A stretch of DNA of 60,949 nucleotides from a virus (lineage: Duplodnaviria; Caudoviricetes). The position numbers were made by a program, and so were the translations under genes. Position 1 is the stretch's first letter. Each line of letters opens with the position of its first letter. Where the stretch lies: IMG/VR virus record IMGVR_UViG_3300042814_000075, positions 1 to 60,949 of that record; one strand, given 5' to 3'. Of the stretch, positions 56,827 to 60,949 are shown one piece after another. The notes beneath the pieces were generated by a model, which saw nothing but the letters and a program-made list of their open reading frames with translations, was not told where the DNA came from and ran no database searches.

Positions 56827-58296
56827 TTATCGCCGGGCGATGCGGGGGAGCCCGCCGCCGTTACGCGCCGCGTTCCGCTCCGAGGTCGTGACGGGCGCCC
56901 CGAGAATGGTCGAGTACTCGACCGGCGTACCGCTCGAGGCGGTGGCGACCGCCTTCGACTGGAGGAGACGGTTCGGAGGCGGGGTCGCAGCACTCACACG
57001 CTTCGGCTCAGCCGAGGGTGCCGCGACACCGGCACCCACCAGATCCGGCAGCTCGTTGTCGCCGGGCTCGTCCATCGCCGGGCCGCCGCCCGTGAGCGCT
57101 GCCACGAGCTCCTGCACGGTCGCCTCGAGCCGGGCGATCCGGTCATCCGGGGTAGGAGCCGCCGGGATCGGGGCCCCGGCCGCGGCACCATCCTTGGCAC
57201 CATCGGCCGGGGCAGTCGGCGCCGACTTGGCAGGCTCCATGATCGGATTCCCGGAGCCCTGAGGCGGAGCCGCGGGGGCGGGCTCAGCCGCGGCTGCCGG
57301 GGCAGCGGAGGCGGTGGCCGGCAGGGTAAAGCCGGCGAGGCCCGCCAGCGCGTGGATCATCTGGCCTTGCTGCTCGATCACGAGCCGCAGGTCCTCCCGT
57401 GACTTCACTTGCTCAGACATGAGTCCCTCCACGCGGGACTCCACGCCCCGCAGATACTCGACCAGCTTGCGCCCGGGGCGCGGCTCACGGATTCCCAAGA
57501 AGCGCTTGAAGAGCGTGCGCCAGCGGTTCTCACCCTGGAATTTGACGGCCGGCGGACCCGTGGGCTCTACCTTGAGCGACTTCCCCAGCCCCAAGCTCAT
57601 CGCCGCCGCATTGATCAGGCCCTCGGGTTCAGTCCCGTCGGGCACAAGGATCTTCGTCTCATCGTTCGGGTCGCCGAACTCGCCCCGCACCATCTGGCAG
57701 GCCGAGACCGCGGCGTCTTCGGGGAGCCCCATCTCGGTCGCTTGCGTCAAGCAATCGGCGAGGCTCCATTCGGTAGGGGTCGAGGGCACCTCGATTGCCG
57801 CCGGCTCGTCCTCGAGCGGCATGTCGGCTGCCATCTCTTCGGGCACCGGCGGTGCGACGTCCTTGCCTTCGGGCACGATCCCGTCGGGGCACTTCCGTCC
57901 GCGTGTGATCATCTTTTCCTCCTGCATTGTGAGTTCGCCCCGTGTGATCGCGTCCTCAACATCGGCCAGCATCTTCAAATCGGCGACCGAGGCGTCATGT
58001 CCCGCCATGTCGGCCCGGAGGACATCCGTGAAATTGCCGAGGGCGTCGGGCTCGTTCGTCTCGCAGACGGTGGGGGTGGGCTGCTCGCCCGTCGCAAGGC
58101 AGGCCGTGTAATTGGCCCCGGGGGCAAGCGTCGGGGAGATGCCAGCCTTGGAGCCCGGCCCAGCTTTGAAGAAGCGCCAGCGCCGGCCAGTGGCCGGCCG
58201 ATCGACACCCGCTACTTCCGTCACCTCGCCCGCGATGATCTCGCCCACGTAGTCCAGTTCCTTGGCACCCGAGAGAAGCTCCCTGAGTGACTTCAT
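56827..58296 (-). CDS. Scaffold-like protein carrying the 'EVTEVAGVDRPA' protease strand at its N-terminus
   Basis: ATGA coupling to the protease gene; Ala/Pro-rich and coiled-coil segments. Confidence 0.65.
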   Translation of the reverse strand: MKSLRELLSGAKELDYVGEIIAGEVTEVAGVDRPATGRRWRFFKAGPGSKAGISPTLAPGANYTACLATGEQPTPTVCETNEPDALGNFTDVLRADMAGHDASVADLKMLADVEDAITRGELTMQEEKMITRGRKCPDGIVPEGKDVAPPVPEEMAADMPLEDEPAAIEVPSTPTEWSLADCLTQATEMGLPEDAAVSACQMVRGEFGDPNDETKILVPDGTEPEGLINAAAMSLGLGKSLKVEPTGPPAVKFQGENRWRTLFKRFLGIREPRPGRKLVEYLRGVESRVEGLMSEQVKSREDLRLVIEQQGQMIHALAGLAGFTLPATASAAPAAAAEPAPAAPPQGSGNPIMEPAKSAPTAPADGAKDGAAAGAPIPAAPTPDDRIARLEATVQELVAALTGGGPAMDEPGDNELPDLVGAGVAAPSAEPKRVSAATPPPNRLLQSKAVATASSGTPVEYSTILGAPVTTSERNAARNGGGLPRIARR

Positions 58297-60254
58297 GCCA
58301 TCCCCATCTCGGCTGCCGACGGGACCAGATGGAGCGGCACAACGCCCCACTGACCCTCGATCGAGTAGCCCGTGAGCCTGCCCGACTTGACTTGCTCCCA
58401 TGCTTCGGGGTGCCACTTGACCCCCATGACCCAGGCGCCGCGGGGGAAGTCGGGGTCCCCCGAGCGGGCGATGAAGGACTCGACGGGCTCACCGGCCGGG
58501 CGGCCATCCGTCATCTTGAGCCCCGTGATGTGCATCAAGTTCATGCCACCCTTCCGGGCGATGAACTCGTGCGCCATCTTCCTGACCTCTTCCTCGGTTG
58601 CGTACTGACCCTGTAGATCCACCTCCCAGGGCGCGTACACGACGTCGTAGGTGATCCGCTCCTGCGCCTTCTCGGGCGAGGTCACGAACTTGCAGCCCGT
58701 GACGTCGAGCCTAGCCTGCGGCTCGGCCAAGGCCTTGACGACCGACTGGCGGATGAGTGCACCGGGGGAGACGTCCGACTGAGCGACCGCGCGGATGATG
58801 TCCATATTCCACTGGACCCAGCCTGCGGCCCCGGAGCCGCCCGGGGTCGAGTCCACCATCCGCTTCGGCACCCGGACATCGATGATCTGCTTGTGGTTAT
58901 TAGGGCGGCCGATCCCGACGCGAACGACAGCGCCGCCGGAATCCGGGATCACCCGGCTATCGATCCGGTCGTAGAGGTTCTCGGCACCGCGGGACCGCGA
59001 GACCGGCACGATCCAGAACCCGCCTTCGGAGAAGACGGGGCCACCCCACGGGATGCCTTTCGCGTGTGTCGGGGCAGAAACGAAACGGCCGTGGCCCGAG
59101 ACCGGGGGCCGCATCCCGGCTGCTTGCGGCAACGTAGCGGCCTTCGCTGGCCCGCTGGGAGCCGACGCAAAGCCGTACGCCTGGGCCACGGCTCGCCATG
59201 CGACCCCGGATGCATAGCGCTCGCTCGCGGGATCGTCGGCCTTGCCGAACATCTGGAAGGTCGTGTCATGCATCCGGTCGTAGACCTCGCGCCCGTAGGC
59301 GGGGAGGTTCGCCGGATCTTGAGTCGCGTAGGCACCGGCGGCCGCCGCCTTCTCTCGGTCGGGATCCGTATCGGTGGGCTCCACTCGGTCCTCCTTCGTT
59401 CCAGGGGCAGACTTCCCGGCGGCTGCTTCTTGCGCCAGCCGCTCGTTCACCCGCCCAAGCTCGCCCGCCAAGGTCTGTAGCCCGCGCGCATCCGCCGTCC
59501 GCGCCCGGCTGGAGATGGCACTCAAGGTCCGTGTCGCCGGGTGCTCCCGGCCAAGGGTCGAGCGCGCCCGGGTCGTCGCCCGGTCCACGAGCCCTGCCAA
59601 GCGCCGCCGGCCGGCGGCCGCTTCCTGCGGGTTCTTGGTGCCAGCCACCGCGAGCGCTATCCCGCGCGCGTCGAGCGCATCGTTCGCCGCCCCCCCCGCG
59701 CCCTCGGAGGAGAACCGGCCATGATCGTCGCGCACGTACTCGCGCTTGATTCCCTTTCCGGCCGCTGCTTCCCTGGCCAGTCGTTCGCTGATCGCTCCAA
59801 GCCTTGCCGCGGCATCGCCAATGCGGCGTGGATCATCCCTATCCCGTCGCACTGCCGCCGATAGAGCAGACAACTCCCTGGTCGCCGTATGGTCCACGCC
59901 CAGAGAATCCGTTGCCAACATCGTTGCTCGATCTACGAGCTGGACCAGCCGCTCATGGCCAGCTTGTTGAGTAGCCGGATCCGTCGAGGCCGCTACTTCT
60001 CGTGCGACCCCGCGCGCTTCAATTGCGGCATTGGCCGCCCCCCCGGCTCCATCGGTGGCAAAGCGTCCATGGTCATCCCTGACATAATCCCGCTTGCCGT
60101 CCTGCGGGTAATCGGGAGTAGCGCTGGGGGCAGCGGCAGCGTCGAGGGCGGGATCGGTAGCCAGCTCGCCAATCGGGGGCCCGGTCTGCGCGACGGTCCC
60201 ATCCGGCAGCGGGACTTGGTGGTAGTGCTGGTCCTCGGCCTTTGTCCCTTGCAC
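58293..60254 (-). CDS. XkdF-like prohead serine protease with N-terminal tandem repeats and a ChaB-like domain
   Basis: C-terminal VVYAPWEVDLQGQY...KMAHEF...NLMH...VESFIA...GAWVMGVK..W..VKSGRLTGYSIEG; ChaB-like LPAYGREVY...E.YA..VAW.AV..Y; GTG 60254 after GGGGGGA. Confidence 0.8.
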   Translation of the reverse strand: MQGTKAEDQHYHQVPLPDGTVAQTGPPIGELATDPALDAAAAPSATPDYPQDGKRDYVRDDHGRFATDGAGGAANAAIEARGVAREVAASTDPATQQAGHERLVQLVDRATMLATDSLGVDHTATRELSALSAAVRRDRDDPRRIGDAAARLGAISERLAREAAAGKGIKREYVRDDHGRFSSEGAGGAANDALDARGIALAVAGTKNPQEAAAGRRRLAGLVDRATTRARSTLGREHPATRTLSAISSRARTADARGLQTLAGELGRVNERLAQEAAAGKSAPGTKEDRVEPTDTDPDREKAAAAGAYATQDPANLPAYGREVYDRMHDTTFQMFGKADDPASERYASGVAWRAVAQAYGFASAPSGPAKAATLPQAAGMRPPVSGHGRFVSAPTHAKGIPWGGPVFSEGGFWIVPVSRSRGAENLYDRIDSRVIPDSGGAVVRVGIGRPNNHKQIIDVRVPKRMVDSTPGGSGAAGWVQWNMDIIRAVAQSDVSPGALIRQSVVKALAEPQARLDVTGCKFVTSPEKAQERITYDVVYAPWEVDLQGQYATEEEVRKMAHEFIARKGGMNLMHITGLKMTDGRPAGEPVESFIARSGDPDFPRGAWVMGVKWHPEAWEQVKSGRLTGYSIEGQWGVVPLHLVPSAAEMGMA

Positions 60255-60264
60255 TCGTCCCCCC

Positions 60265-60309
60265 AAAAGATAGAAGCCCCGCCCGGGCTTGCGCTCGGAC
60301 AGGGCTTCT
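60265..60309 (-). terminator. Leader terminator-like hairpin upstream of the structural operon
   Basis: AGAAGCCCUGUCCGAGC-GCAA-GCCCGGGCGGGGCUUCU followed by AUCUUUU. Confidence 0.6.
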
Positions 60310-60339
60310 TGAGCCTCGCGACTGGAGATACGTGGGGAC

Positions 60340-60368
60340 TTGTTACGGCACTGCTAGTTGCGTGTCAA
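60340..60368 (-). promoter_or_regulatory. Sigma70-type promoter for the structural operon
   Basis: TTGACA-17 nt-TAACAA. Confidence 0.55.
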
Positions 60369-60390
60369 GGTTTATTTCGGCTGGCGACCG

Positions 60391-60399
60391 TGCTATAAT
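60391..60399 (+). promoter_or_regulatory. Extended -10 promoter (TGCTATAAT), likely leaderless
   Basis: 7 nt before ATG 60407; same design as the 10241 site. Confidence 0.7.
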
Positions 60400-60406
60400 T
60401 CGGCAC

Positions 60407-60799
60407 ATGATCACACACCCGCGCGAAGCTCCTCGCCCTGACCTGTGCAGCTTCGAAGACTGCGAGCAAACTGCCGTTGTGTATTCGCCTGCCATCGAAG
60501 CCTGGGTATGTTCATCGCACTCAATGGCTGGCTCATGGAATCCGGACATGCAGCCTCCGCACGATGGTGGCCAGGATTGCCATATCTGCCACGTGCGCCA
60601 CCACGACCGCGCAACCGCGTTCCGACGTGGGCGAGAGGATGCTTTCGCGGAAGCGGCGAAGATCGCGGACAAAGAAGCGACAGCGGCCATAGGCGTTTCA
60701 GCTGACTGCCCCGGCGTCGATCATCTCGAATACAGTCACCGGGCCGACACGGCCAGAACTATCGCCGATAAAATTCGCGCCACTGCCAAGAAGGATTAG
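60407..60799 (+). CDS. Hypothetical Cys/His-containing protein on the antisense strand
   Basis: MITHPRE...CSFEDC...CSSH...CHIC...EAAKIAD...IADKIRA. Confidence 0.6.
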   Translation: MITHPREAPRPDLCSFEDCEQTAVVYSPAIEAWVCSSHSMAGSWNPDMQPPHDGGQDCHICHVRHHDRATAFRRGREDAFAEAAKIADKEATAAIGVSADCPGVDHLEYSHRADTARTIADKIRATAKKD

Positions 60800-60838
60800 C
60801 CTTACTTCCTGCCATTCGTATCGGGCGGGCCGGGTGGG

Positions 60839-60949
60839 CCGATTGGGTGCTGGATCAGAATGCGCTTCTCTTTGCACCGCCGGCACTGGATGAAGATTAC
60901 CCCTGTAGCGTCCGGATGATTCTCCAGCGTGTCATCGGGGGCAATGATC
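60839..60949. repeat. Terminal direct repeat (right copy)
   Basis: Identical to 24..134. Confidence 0.95.

Overview
The window is an apparently complete, GC-rich, circularly closable tailed-phage genome of about 60.8 kb (111-bp identical terminal overlap, 24..134 = 60839..60949). It has siphovirus-like gene content and no recognisable integrase. Layout: (i) a minus-strand structural, lysis and glycosylation block (60254->31148) with XkdF-type protease, scaffold, Cys-rich major capsid, YqbF-GT9 fusion, Gly-rich fibre, neck and tail genes with a -1 frameshift chaperone pair, tape measure, M15 endolysin, GT2/GT9/methyltransferases, a holin-like gene and an outer-membrane beta-barrel; (ii) a plus-strand recombination/replication operon (22974->31136) with an SSAP, a DUF1376-like initiator carrying internal iterons and a RuvC-like resolvase; (iii) a minus-strand accessory operon (22518->14508) with two sigma54-type promoters; (iv) a minus-strand packaging block (terS, terL, ParB-like, portal, head morphogenesis) ending in a Com-like Zn-ribbon ORF that spans the junction. 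The standout is a phage-encoded Ro60/TROVE (Rsr) gene directly preceded by a tandem array of four Y-RNA-like units: two minimal and two carrying circularly permuted tRNA-mimic domains. A further long rod-shaped RNA lies upstream, and all sit downstream of a sigma54-type promoter. All protein calls are by eye from motifs and synteny; no database searches were run.
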